A stretch of DNA of 64,000 nucleotides from Azolla caroliniana (GCA_043228905.1 JBHGNT010000010.1:11036001-11100000); one strand, 5' to 3'; shown: positions 25,573 to 38,720, counted from the stretch's first letter. The notes: a model not told the origin generated them from the letters alone. Program-made: numbers and translations.

Positions 25573-27242
25573 CAATATATAATATAAAAAATAGTCATTT
25601 CTTTAAATTCCATTCTTTTTTTCCCAACTTATAAATTCAATCCAACTTTGAGATGATTTACCATACATGTTTGATTGAATCATTCTCGAATGTGAATGCA
25701 CGTATGGTACGTATGGTTCATTTTATGGATGTTTCCATTAGTAAGATATAAGATTTTTTTAAGGTTTATTATCGTTAATCTAGACTTCCATACGATTATT
25801 TAGGTTTATTATGATTAAGCTAACTAACATGCATATGCTTTTAATTAGTGTGTTATGGATCAATTACTATTATGTTATTAATGTTTTCATTAATATGTAT
25901 GTATTGAAGATATAATTATTTTAGGGTTTATTGTGGTTATGTTGGTTTAGAAGCATTTGTTTTTACATAGCTTGTTATGGATCAAGCGATGTTATTGCAA
26001 GAGATATGGAGTGAAGTTGTAACCACACTAAAGAGCCAATATGATGGTCTCATAGGCGAAACTAATGGAGCGGAAAGACAATGATTACCCTTCATCCAAC
26101 AATGATCATCCTCTCCCTTTCTTGAGCCAGTGGGCCTCCACATAAGATGGAACTATCACGTCCCTATTGGGTTTTGTATATAACATTCTCGTTTGTAAAA
26201 TGTTGTAACTAATGGAAGGAGTTTTTTATTGGAGTAAAAATACATGTCCAATGTGATACAATGTTAGTGTGTAATTAATATTTTATTATTATATTCTCAT
26301 TAATATTCAATCTATTACATTATGCTTGTTCAATAAATTCGTATTAAATTGTTATGCTTGCATCACACTTCATATGGTTGTAAACGAGATAAGAAAAAGA
26401 AACGTTTAGTACACATCTAACCCTTAGGTTATGTTTGTAAAAACCTTGCATCAAAGTTATATTATTTTATAGCTATTTCCAAATAAATCCATAATTTGAC
26501 GGGATGCGTAATAATTGTCATACTTCAATAAACTCCAAAATTCATTGAGATCGAACGTGAAATTCTATGAGTAGATCCTCGAGGTTGACGATACCTGATT
26601 TCCCTTGTTCTCCAATCGATTTCGGGGTTGTGTAATTCAAACCACAGTAACCCCAAGACAATTCAATGCTCTAGACTACTAATTATATTAAATGATATTT
26701 CACACACCAAAATGTCTAGGACAACATGAACCGGCTCTGACTCTTCTATGATATTTTCGGAAGTGATGGGACCACCATCAATGACTACTATAGAAGCTGG
26801 GCAACGAAGCTTTTTTAGGGATATTTGATGAACTTGGGCAAAATTCCTATCCATGAAGCAAGAATTGGCTCTGAAATCTACGAGTGCTAAGACATGTATT
26901 GGAGGATTACTTTTTGTACTAACCGCTACTTGAGCGAAGAACACCTTGCTAACTTGTTTTGAGGGGATGAAACCACTAATGGGTTGCACAGATCCACGGT
27001 TGTCCAACCAAACAACTCCTATTTTGGTTGGACTCAATCGTTTAACTCTTCTCCTAGTTGACTAAGGACTTCAAATTTGTTGGATAAACCTAGACTACTA
27101 GGATTATCAAACACTCCTACTAAAATAGAATCGGGTTTAGTACTAACGACTACTTGATTTACCTATCTTCTTGGCTTATGAGGACAATTTACTACAATAT
27201 GCCCCGGTCCACTGCAATATAGACATAGTCGATTTGCTCGGC

Positions 27243-27310
27243 TGTCAAGATTCGAACTCTTGACATGACCATGTTATAATCGAGTGTTATGTGTTAACCA
27301 CACATCTAGC
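27243..27310 (-). ncRNA. tRNA-like cassette at LTR 5' terminus (second copy 28382-28449)
   Basis: Minus strand reads TAGATGTGTGGTTAA...TGTCAAGA-GTTCGAA-TCTTGACA, a perfect T-arm-like hairpin with a B-box loop. Confidence 0.5.
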
Positions 27311-27829
27311 ATATAATCATGTATATACTTCCTCATTGAGGTTTTAGTTAGCATCATGTGCATAATTTCTCCCTTGTATTATTTACACTTGGCACATGCA
27401 TGCGTACCTACTGGCTACATGCTCTATTGTATCACATGTGTGCAGCAGGTATGCATGCCACTTAGTATAAATAGTTGAATTCACCTTGAAGGAATTCAAG
27501 GTGAACAACGCCAGTTATGGACATATCAATCTAGTATTCTCGTTTCGCCCAATCTTGTCTCCTTAATCTTCATCTCTATCTTTATGCTCTTGTGTCATTC
27601 CATCATCGCTCCGTCATAGCCTCATCATTCGTGCTCCGTCTTAGTCCGCGCTTGGTGTGTCCGTGACAGTTTGTTCACCTTCCAACTAGAAGCATCACCC
27701 GTCTCCGTCATCGCCCTTGCTTCTAGAGTTACCATCGTCACCGTACCATCATCAACATCGCTTCATTGTCTCTATTTTTTAGTTTCTCCTCATCATTGTC
27801 TCTATTTTTTAGTTTCTTTTTGTTCGTGT

Positions 27830-28250
27830 TCATGTTCCAGTTCCCGGTGAGGGCCGCACAAGGCCGCTCACTCCCGTTGGTGTTGGTGTTGGTGTTCGAG
27901 TTCCCGATGAGGTCTGCACAAGGCCGCTCACTCCCGTTGGTGTTCGAGTTCGAGTTCCCGGTGAGGGCCGCATGGTCGCTCACGCCCGTTCGTGTTCCTG
28001 TTCCCGGTGAGGGCCGCACATGGCCGCTCACTCCCGTTCGTGTTCCTGTTCCCGGTGAGGGCCGCATGGTCGCTCACTCCTGTTCGTGTTCCAGTCTCCG
28101 GTGAGGACCGCACATGGCCGCTCACTCCAACTATTGTTCGTGTTCCAGAACCCGGTGAGGACCGACATGGTCACTCACACCCGTTGATATTTGTGTTCGA
28201 GTTCTAGACGAGGACCACACATGGTCGCTCATGCCCGTTGGTGTTAAATA
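27830..28250. repeat. About nine copies of a 40-55 bp GC-rich unit
   Basis: CCCGGTGAGGGCCGCACATGGCCGCTCACTCCCGTT recurs. Confidence 0.9.
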
Positions 28251-30039
28251 CCTCGTCTTGTGGAAGGGCTACTCCTTGTCTAGGATTTACAAAATACTTT
28301 GGAGGTGATCTAAGATTTTCATCAACAATATCCCCTTAAGCCGACAAACGATTTGGGAAGGCATCGTTGGAGGGGGGATAATGTCAAGATTCGAACTCTT
28401 GACATGACCATGTTATAATCGAGTGTTATGTGTTAACCACACATCTAGCATATAATCATGTATATACTTCCTCATTGAGGTTTTAGTTAGCATCATGTGC
28501 ATAATTTCTCCCTTGTATTATTTACACTTGGCACATGCATGCGTACCTACTTGCTACATGCTCTATTGTATCACATGCGTGCAGCAGGTATGCATGCCAC
28601 TTAGTATAAATAGTTGAGTTCACCTTGAAGGAATTCAAGGTGAACAACGCCATTCATGGACATATCAATCTAGTATTCTCGTTTCCCCCAATCTTGTCTC
28701 CTTAATCTTCATCTCTATCTTTATGCTCTTGTGTCATTCTGTCATCGCTCCGTCGTAGCCTCATCATCCGTGCTCCGTCTTAGTCCGCGCGTGGTGTGTC
28801 TGTGACATCCATGTCATTGCTTTTCCTCTTCTGATAATGGTCCACGACGACGTGTGGTATCGATTTCCATTGGTGTTGGAGTATTTTCCGGAGACGCATT
28901 ATATGACTCCCTTGAAAAAGATATTGCTACAACTGAGGGGTAGGTGGGGTCTGATCTTGTCCTTGGCATTTGGAACTGACGTTCCGAATGTCATTCGAAA
29001 AGCCGGTTATCACATCGTACTGCTCGACTGATTGCTTCTGTGAGTGACTTTCGTTATTCGGGGAAAATCAAGAGTAAATCCTTGACGTCATTACATAGGA
29101 CATATCGAAATTGCTCCATCAATGCTTGGTCATCGCAAGGAATATCAGTGGCGAGAAGACGGAAATCCGCAGCATAGGCTGAGGCCGGCTGATCACCTTG
29201 ACGCAATCTTCGGATTTTGTTGATTACCGTCCTAACGCTATCGGTATCTCCAAAACATGCTTTAAACTTGCTAATAAACTCCTCAAAATTATTTAACAAA
29301 GGAGAAGCTTTTTCTAACAAAGGGGCAAACCATGCCAAAGTTGTGTCACTAAGTAGCATGCCTACTAGTCCCACTTGTGATGCATCGATGGGATATCGAG
29401 AAGAATGCATTTGAATCACCAAACGTACCTAATTAAGGAATCCTCTAAACTATGATCGCGTTCCATTGAACTTCATAGGAAGACCGATCTTGGGTTCTTT
29501 GGGAGTCCCTTGAGTGCTTGGTCCCTATTGTTGCAATGACACAATAGTTGCGTCAAGTTGTTGCACGCGTAATGTTAGCTCCCCGTGTTGTTGTTGTTTT
29601 TCTAGAGCTATTTGTTGAAAATCCCCCAACAATTGTTGATTTTCTTGTTCTAATGCTACAAACTTTTCTTTTAAGCACTGGAGATTCGAGAAAACGGATT
29701 AGTATTCTTGAGCGCTAACAATTGCCATTTAGTATTGGAGGAAGGAAGGATAAGAGGATTAGTATGAAGGGAAGGAGGGATAAGAAGATGAGAAATTCAG
29801 TTCAAACTATTAGGAATAGTACTAGAGGCAGGGAGAATTGGTACTAAAGATAGAGGGGAAGAATGAGGATTAGTACTAAGAAGAGGAAGAGTGTGTGACA
29901 GTCACGAGAGGGGAAGAGAGAGAGAGAGAGAATGATGACAACAAGAGAGAATGTGAGAATAAGGTCTAAAATGAAAAGATTGTTTAAAAACAATTTTTAG
30001 AATTTTTTTAGAATTTTAAAAATTTTAAAAATAAAAAAT

Positions 30040-30190
30040 AAAAAACCGTTTAACCGTTTAAACCGCGATTTTTTACTGTTGAAACTGAACCAAACCATTT
30101 TAAAAAACCCAAACCTGAACCGAACCGAACCGTGAAACCGTTAAGCCGCAGTTTCGGGGTCGGTTCAAACCAAACCATTGCCGATTGTTA
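30040..30190. mobile_element. 3' end of an AACCG-rich MITE (same family as 41590-41868)
   Basis: TCGGTTCAAACCAAA..TTGCCGATTG terminus is shared with 41838-41868. Confidence 0.6.
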
Positions 30191-30299
30191 AGTGAAATAA
30201 CCAATAATATTTTTTGTATTATAATGTATGGTTTAATGCCAAGGGTTCAACCCCTCTAACAGAAGGTCATGGGTTCAAATTCTTTTGGAGCCATATCAT

Positions 30300-30640
30300 G
30301 ACAATTCTCATATTATCCCTCTTTCCCCACAACGAATATTGAAGAGGTTGCAAAAATGGAACGCAAAGCCTTCTTTACCCATGGTAGCAATGGCAAATAA
30401 TGTAATATCATGGGTTCCACAATACATTGTACAACCTTTAGGCGTACATAAAATGGCCAAGATAGTAAATTTTGATACATGAATTTACCCCTTAACTTGT
30501 TTGTCATCCATTCAATCAATTGAGTATTCATAACATTAACTCCTAATGGATACCACAAGTGTCGAAAAATAAAGCCTTTTCTAACTATGGATCCTTATGA
30601 GATAAGGTTAGACTTCCTTGAATTAATATAAAATCTAACA
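30300..30640 (-). pseudogene. LINE (L1-like) ORF2 fragment, region following the RT core
   Basis: YPLG..WMTNKLRGK..WPFYVRLKVVQCIVEPMILHYLPLLPW resembles the non-LTR RT C-terminal region. Confidence 0.5.
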
Positions 30641-30784
30641 ACCAATTTAAATTGATTCCATACGAGTATCCCTTTCTCAAGATTCTCAGGTGAGGCTCAT
30701 AGAAACATGAAAGAATCATCCACGACAACTCACACAACTAATTGCCCCTCTAGATGGAAGGTATAGGTCCAGAGTATCACCACT

Positions 30785-31129
30785 AACAGCTCTTGTTATC
30801 TCTTCCGACACTCCACCCAATTCATAAATTATTCGGCCTGGCTTGATTATGGATACCCAATACTCTGGAGATCCTTTGCATGATCCCATGCGTGTTTCAG
30901 CAGGTCTCATGGTGATTGGTTTGTTGGGAAAAACTCGTATCCATAGTTTACCGCCACGGTGAGCATACCTCGTTATTGCCCTTCTTCCCACTTCTATTTG
31001 TCTTGTTGTAATCCATGCAGGTTCGAGGGCTTGGAGAGCAAACTTTCCAAAAGATATTTTATTACCGCGATTGGTAATTCCTTTCAATCTTCCTCTATGT
31101 TGTTTACGGAATTTTGTTCATTTGGGGTT
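30785..31129 (-). pseudogene. rpl16: Plastid-derived rpl16 exon 2 (NUPT), 3'-truncated
   Basis: [68 protein letters not shown]. Confidence 0.92.
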
Positions 31130-31600
31130 ACAGTCGATGGCAATGAAATCTTTCCATCTCTGATATGAAACCGGGCATGGGGATCTCTTCCCAACCGATG
31201 GACATTCTATCCCCCCATCAGAATCGAACATGAGTGTTTCTTCTCATACGGCTCGAGCGAATCTTTAGGTATATTACTCCACAAGAATTTCACTTTTATA
31301 AAGTTTTGTATTTCCTAGTAGTTTGAGTACCTCTTCCTCAAAGGAGGAGGATCTTATAGAGGAAAACAGAAAACAATGATTTCGTGGAGTGGCTTATGAC
31401 CCAAGTCCGCCTAATAAATTAATGAGGAAGCTTCTTGGATTATCTCTTATCCCATACATCGTGTATCGCTTCATCGTTGATGCGCTTGCGAACTCTAATC
31501 TAAAAGGTATAGGATCTTAACTTGTTACAATTTTGACTATATCTCCTCCCTTTGGATCATTTTTTTACCCTGACGGTTGAGCCATAAAATAGTTATTTTT
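31130..31600 (-). other. 3' part of the rpl16 group II intron (NUPT)
   Basis: Domain V-like GAGCCGTATGAGAAGAAACACTCATGTTCGATTCT on the minus strand at about 31221-31255. Right boundary uncertain. Confidence 0.7.
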
Positions 31601-31981
31601 TATGGGTAATTTTTTTGTATGTGGGTGTGGGGGGAATGTATGCATCCTAAAAACCGTAATGCTTTAGACTCATAAAGAACCCGATTAGGTAGCATATGGC
31701 ATGCTTTTTTCTACCAACTAGCAGGGGTTCCTCACCTCGTCTCATAAGGAAAGTGGAGATAACGAAACCAACAAGGGATGAGTGACAAATAACACACAAC
31801 AATGGGGGGATCAAGTGGGCATATGCACTTGGCGAACAAATGTTGTGAGGGTAATATGTGATGTAACTTTGCCATTCAACATTACTCGAGACACTTGCAA
31901 TTTTGTCTGAATAAAAACCCAAAGCCCATTCACTGTATCTATTAAGTTTTCTGTCTCTGTGCTTTTTTTATTTATTGTAAG

Positions 31982-32327
31982 TAGTTTACCCTAGAGGCAT
32001 GACACTATTAGCACGAAAGATTGGGTTCGAAACCCAAAATTTCACCTCTATATTAATTAACCATAGATATTTCTTAATTTTACCGGATGTCACTATGGAA
32101 TGTAGGGGTTGAACCCATGGAACTCCCAGTCTCCAATCGTAATTAGCTTTTTACCCTAGTGGTAGGTTGTTACACTATTAGCACTAAGTCTTGGGTTTAA
32201 AACCCAACTTCTCACCTCTCTAGTACATACTCCATATATATATATATATATATATATCTTAATGTAGGGGTTGAACCCATGACCTCATGGTCTCCATTGG
32301 GGAACAAAACCTTAGCAATTGAACTAA
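31982..32327. repeat. Two tandem ~165-bp units, each with convergent tRNA-like halves, directly upstream of the HSP90 gene
   Basis: TTACCCTAG..ACACTATTAGCAC..TTGGGTTCGAAACCCAA and AATGTAGGGGTTGAACCCATG each occur twice. Confidence 0.65.
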
Positions 32328-32531
32328 ATCCATCCATCCATCCATCCATCTGGGTTTCTTCTTCTTCTTCTTCTTCTTCTTCTTCTTCTCTTGTGCAGCA
32401 GAAGCTGAGCAGGACCAACAAACACTCCTATTACTACTGCTACTCGATTCACTCTTTCCTCTTCTTCTTCGTCATCATCGCCATTGTGCTGCTGCTCTCA
32501 GTACGGACACCATCGATCGTGGGCAGGATCC

Positions 32532-34749
32532 ATGGGGAGCTCCTCTGCTTACGCGCCTGCATTCTTCTTCCTCATTGCGTTTCTACTCCTCTACCATCAC
32601 AGTGAGTGCCCTCTCTCTCTCTCTCTCTTTCTGCTTTTCTCTCAGGTGATCTGTATAGCTCTTTGGCTCGATGGATATGTTAATGTCAAGAAGAAAAAAA
32701 GTAGCTCAAACTCCCTTTGGCTATTCACATTTCTGTCTATATGTGTTTTGTGCGCATTGGCATCCCATTGCGCCTCGCACATTGCTTTCTTTTAATTTAT
32801 ACAGACAGGTCAAACGTTTTTAGGTTTAGATACGAATTAGAGAAGTAGATCTCTAACTATTTCCATATGTCTTTACGTTTCCAATCCATTGATGAATACA
32901 ATCTCTGTTGTTGAAAAGGAAAACTCTGTTTTTTCTCCCCCCCCCCCCCCCCCCCCCTTCTCTGTTTCAGCTCCAGTAGCTCCAGTTACTGCTATCGATG
33001 CAGCAGAAGGTAATGGGGACCTTCCAAGAGTGGAGGATGGGTTCGGAGCTATTCCTGATGCTCTATCCACTGACTCAGAGGTTGTCAAGAGGTAAATACA
33101 TACACACAGACACCCACATGTATAGACGAACCTTGTTGATAGAAAACAATCTGATCTATGTTATCACACACATACATACATGTATGCTCTTATTATGTTA
33201 TGATATTATATCTACATCTACAATGTTTCTTGTAGAGAATCCGAATCCATTTCGGCAAGATCCTTCAGGTCCAAGGCAGAAAAGTTTCCTTTCCAGGCTG
33301 AAGTTTCAAGGTTGATGGACATTCTCATCAATTCTCTCTACAGCAACAAAGATATATTCCTCCGAGAGCTCATATCGAATGCATCTGATGTAGGTCGTTT
33401 CGTTCTTTAGGTGCTATTTCTCTTCAAAGCAAAATGCCTCGGGAATTTCAGTGCTATACGGATTGATGGTTCTTTATGTCTGCTTGTAGGCACTTGACAA
33501 ACTTCGGTTCTTGGCATTAACAGACAAGGAGGTCTTGGGTGAGGGGGATGATACCAAATTAGAGATACAGGTTTGTCCTTTTCCTTCTTCTCCATTTTAT
33601 CTACAAATGTCTTCTTTTCTCTCTAAAATATGAGGGGTTTCAAATTTGGACGAACTGTCATTTTTGGCAAATTATGCTAGATCAAATTGGACAAGGCCAA
33701 GAAGGTGCTTGCGATCCGGGACAGAGGTATAGGTATGACTAAAGATGACCTTGTCAAGAACCTCGGAACGATTGCAAAGTCTGGAACATCCGGTATTCTA
33801 TTTCTCCATGATGTGAATTATTATTGTCTTTTTATGCAGCTTCCTATTATCCGATGTCCATCATTGTCATCTGCAGCCTTTCTAGAACAGATGCAGAAAG
33901 GTGGAGATCTCAATCTAATTGGGCAGTTTGGAGTTGGGTTTTACTCCGTTTATCTTGTTGCTGACTATGTGGAAGTGATTAGCAAGCACAATAATGACAA
34001 ACAGTAAAATTCCCTTTCACATATTGTGGTGCTGAATAACTTGAATATATGTCCCAGTACGTAGGTAGAAGAATGTATGTTGTAATACTTAAATATATGT
34101 TCTAATGAATGCATCACTGTTTACTGTAGATATATATGGGAATCCAAGGCCGATGGGGCCTTTGCTGTTTCTGAAGATACAGAGAACGAATCTCTTGGAC
34201 GAGGTACGGAAATCAGGCTTCACTTGAAAGAGGAAGCTGCAGAATACTTGCAAGAGGAGAAACTCAAAGTTAGTGATTCAATTTCGCCTCCTCTCATCAA
34301 TCCAAAGTAATAATGCCCAACCCTTGATCGTGATGCTTGTGTGAATGTTACAATGTACAGGACCTTGTACAAAAGTATTCGGAATTCATCAATTTTCCCA
34401 TATATCTGTGGTCAAGCAAGGAGATAGATGTCGAAGTTGAGGCTGATGCTGACGAAATTTCAGAAAATGAGGAAGAGAAGACAGGTTTCTAAAGCTAGTC
34501 TTGAATGAAAAATACTTCTTACATGGTATCTTATTATTATGTCTTTGATTATCAGCCACCGAGGATGAAGAAACTGAAGAAGATACGCAAACCGGTGAGT
34601 TTTCATTTGTGTATCTCATTAATGAAACAATTCAGATCAATATTGAGTTGATTTGAATCAGACAAATATATATATAATATGTGTGTGTGTTCACATCCAC
34701 ACCCACATCCACACGCACATACTCATACTCATACGTATACACATACGCA

Positions 34750-34780
<31 letters not shown>

Positions 34781-36732
34781 ATGTGTAGCCTTTATATTGA
34801 ATTTTATTTTTGTGTTGGTTAATTTGGCAGAGCCAAAAACAAAGAAAGTGAAAGAAACCACCTGGGATTGGCAACTTCTGAATGATGTGAAGGCTATCTG
34901 GCTAAGAAGCCCAAAGGAGATATCTGATGAGGAGTATTCGAGTTTTTTCCATTCTATTGCCAAGGTATGTGGTCATTGATGTCCAGTCCTAAATGATTTT
35001 CAAGCTACCTTTCGAAGGAGTATGATCTTGAATTTTTTATCATTTTGACAGGATTTGAGTGGAGAAAAGCCTCTGGCATGGTCTCATTTTAATGCTGAGG
35101 GCGATGTTGAATTCAAAGCAGTTCTGTTTGTTCCACCTAAGGCTCCTCACGATCTTTATGAGAACTATTACAGTAACAAGTCTTTCTTGAAGCTTTATGT
35201 TAGGCGTGTCTTCATCTCTGAAGAATTTGATGAACTTCTACCGAAATATCTTGCATTCTTGAAGGTATATTGCTAGTATTCAATATACATTTAAAACTCT
35301 TATGTGATATCGATCTATGCCCAATTTCTGTTTCCTTGTGCAGGGTATTGTTGATTCAGATACATTGCCTCTTAATGTCTCTCGTGAGATGCTTCAACAG
35401 CATGACAGTTTGAAGACAATAAAGAAAAAGCTTGTGAGGAAAGCCTTAGATATGATACGTCGGATAGCCGAAGATGATCCTGAGGAGTCTGATGAAAAGG
35501 AGGGTATGTAATTGATGTCTTTCTGTTCTCTTAAGGAATCGTAGCCAGATATTTAGGCATGAATTTGATTGTGCTGAATTAAGATCAATTTACTCTCATC
35601 TTGTTGTTTAACTTCCCAGAGTATTTCTCTTGAATTTCTTGCAGAGACAGCAGGTGAAGATGAGAACCGAGGGAAATACGCCAACTTTTGGAAAGAGTTT
35701 GGGAAATCCATTAAGCTTGGGATTATTGAGGATGCAACCAACAGAAACCGTCTTGCAAAGCTACTTAGATTCCATAGGTACGTGCTGTACACAGTACATG
35801 ATATCAAGCAAGGGAAATTAAGACATTTTGCCGTTCATTCTTTGATACAATTGTTTACAAATGGTGTGTTTTTTGTTCTGTACTAAGTCTGGAGATTAGC
35901 TTTTCCATCATTAAACCAATATACAAATGGTTAATTATTTTGTATGCATGTGTCCTCTTCAGTACCAAGTCCGGAGATAAGCTCGCATCATTAGACCAAT
36001 ATATTTCTCGCATGAAGCCCAACCAGAAGGACATCTACTACATCACTGGAACTAACAAAGAGCAGCTAGAGAACTCACCTTTTTTGGAACAATTAAAGAA
36101 GAAAGGCTACGAGGTATACATGACTTGATTGCTCTTACTGATGGCTGCTTCATGATGTAAAGCTATCTGTTTGTGAATTTTGATTATCTGAAGTTTGCTG
36201 AGGAATATTCCTGTTTAACTTGAATAGGTCATCTATTTCACCGACCCAGTGGATGAGTACCTCATGCAATATCTGATGGACTATGAAGATAAGAAGTTCC
36301 AGAACGTGTCTAAGGAAGGATTGAAGCTGGGTAAAGATTCCAAACTGAAGGAAATCAAGGAATCATTCAAAGCTCTAACTAACTGGTGGAAAGATCTGCT
36401 GGCAAGTGAAAATGTTGATTCCGTGAAGATTAGCAACCGCTTAGCAGATACACCTGGTGTGGTAGTTACTTCTAAATATGGTTGGAGTGCAAACATGGAG
36501 AGGATAATGCAATCCCAGACTCTCAGTGATGCTAGCAAACAGAGCTACATGCGTGGGAAGAGGGTTTTGGAGATCAATCCAAGACATCCGATCGTGAAAG
36601 AATTGCGAGATAGAGTTGCTCAAGATTCTGAGGTTAACGCATTTGTCATTCTGCTTACATTCTCCTTGTTCATCTGACATACATAGAAATACAGATAGGT
36701 TTATTAGTGTCCTCTGAGTTAGTAGGTCATCA

Positions 36733-36810
<78 letters not shown>

Positions 36811-37415
36811 GAAGAGTTTTGGGGGTGCACAAGTGAAAACTAAAGAAGTTATTTATAATCATTGTAGCTCTAGGTTTAATGACGATGTTAATAAAACTAC
36901 AGCAATGCAATAACAAATATTTTTATAATAATGATGTATCTGAGAGAGAATATTTTGTTTTCCATGTCTATTGCTAAGTCTCTGAGGTTTTATTGCAGGA
37001 TATGGTAGCACATCAGACGGCAAAGCTTATCTATCAAACTGCATTACTCGAGAGTGGATTTCTACTGGAGGATCCAAAATATTTTGCTAGTCAGGTCTAT
37101 TCAGTAATGAGGACCTCTCTTAATGTTAGTCCAAATGCAACCATAGATGAAGAGGAGGAGATAGAAGAGATAGCTGAAACACCCAATGAGGATCAGAATG
37201 TAAGTAAATATTCAGGTGTTATTATGAATTGAAATCTATAAGAAGATGATCCCCTCGAGATCAATTTGTTTTTTTGTATTTAACCTCATTGTGTTCTGGA
37301 TTCTGTTTAGGCGGAGGCTTTTGATGGTGAAGATAATGAATCATCCGTGCAAGAAGAGGCGACAACAACTACCTCCACAATTGAGGAAGAAGAGCACTAT
37401 AATGAGGAGCTTTGA
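32532..37415 (+). CDS. HSP90.7: Endoplasmin / GRP94, ER-luminal HSP90 (SHEPHERD homolog), 17 coding exons
   Basis: GT-AG exons 32532-32601, 32971-33091, 33236-33389, 33490-33570, 33681-33792, 33877-34003, 34130-34268, 34361-34484, 34556-34594, 34831-34964, 35052-35264, 35344-35503, 35645-35777, 35963-36113, 36228-36632, 36999-37199 and 37311-37415 join in frame. Signal peptide, [68 protein letters not shown]; C-terminal NEEL. Confidence 0.97.
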
Positions 37416-38520
37416 TATTTTATCTCTTGCAAACTAAAGAAGAAAAAGAGGAGGCACTAACTATAATGATGCATTTACAGGTTTTGTTTACCCCAAATCA
37501 TCAGTTGTTGTCCAGATGTTAGGTTGTCTTTGAACTGGCAAGTAAGCAAATTACTACTGTGAAAGTTGGGGGAAGTAGAGAAGAGATTAAACATTGTGAG
37601 ATTGTCTCTGAATATGCTTCTATGAAACGTTCCGTCTGGTACTTGCCATAGGCAGTTCAAAGTCTACAATATAAACCCTGGATCTTTCCAGGTTCTTGTC
37701 TCGAGGCATTTCGGACATCTTTTGGTTATATTCTCATCAAATGAGCTCAAGAAACACTATAAAGGCATCTAACACTAGCTGAAACCTCATATCCCAACAT
37801 TCATAGTTTATGATTTTTGAATTATCCTCTTGAAACATGATTAATATGTTTATATTATAAAAGTAGGGTTTAACAGAAAAAATTACAGAAATACATTACA
37901 ATATATAGAACTAGTTGAAACAATTGGAAAACAGGTCTAAAATAAACACTTGTATATATGAGAAGAGGTCAGATTGGTGTTGAAATTATTTTCATAATTT
38001 TTATGTGATGATCAATGTACATTGATTGGTGGGGGTATATGTAAATATTTAGTGGACTGATTGGTTAATTGAGCAGTCAACAGATGATATTTGATTAGCA
38101 ATTGAATATTGGAGTCATTACTGATTTAACAGAGTTACTAGCTATGAAATGTGGTGATCAAGGATGGAAAGGAAGTGATTAATGATGGAATTGGGGGTGA
38201 TGGGTACGATTCATCATGGAATCAAGCAGTCAATTGGCAATTTGATGAAGTGATTAGCAAGTTATTCTCTTAGTAGATGGAAAGGTGGATGGTGACTGTG
38301 GACAGGATTAATGGCTAAACATGGGATTCAGTAGGTAATTAGTGATTGAATAGACTTTAGATCAACATTATAATGTGTTTTGAGACACTCGAAATTAATT
38401 TTGGCACTGCCTAATGACATAATATATGTATTAGTAATGTTGGCAATCTAATAATAAAACAAGCACAAAAGAAAAAAACTAGGGTTTACAGAAATAATTA
38501 TTCTTTCTATTCATGCTCCT

Positions 38521-38720
38521 TAGATAGTCTTCCAATTGGTCTTTTAAATATCTGGAAAGATTCATCTCAAATTCTCTAAGGTTTTTCAATTGCTCTTTTG
38601 CATTTTTGAAACGCGTTTTATGTAGTCCAAACACAGTTTTGTCCTATGATAGATAGCCTTTCAATTGGTGTTTAAAATATATGGAAAGATTCATCTCAAA
38701 CTCTCAAAGGGTTTATCAAA
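38521..38720. repeat. Short direct duplication, about 129-bp period
   Basis: TAGATAG..CAATTGGT..GGAAAGATTCATCTCAAA at 38521 and 38650. Confidence 0.7.

Larger units (their letters stand above)
27243..28807 (+). mobile_element. Non-autonomous miniature LTR element (LTRs 27243-27668 and 28382-28807) with self-priming PBS
   Basis: Near-identical LTRs TGTCA...TGACA, PPT GGAGGGGGGATAA, and a non-coding interior with tandem repeats. TSD not clearly preserved. Confidence 0.9.
26565..29965 (-). mobile_element. Truncated chromovirus (LTR 3' half, gag, protease), same family as 44810-51294
   Basis: AWFAPLLEK..RLRQGDQPASAYAADFR gag, LALVDFRANSCFMD protease, and LTR remnant 29807-29965. Confidence 0.88.

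Noticed and set aside
36736-36807. (TA)n(GA)n microsatellite and other simple repeats generating low-complexity ORFs
   Set aside because: Ordinary simple sequence repeats.
37900-38400. Possible decayed LINE 3' region
   Set aside because: The composition is suggestive but I could not read a convincing motif.
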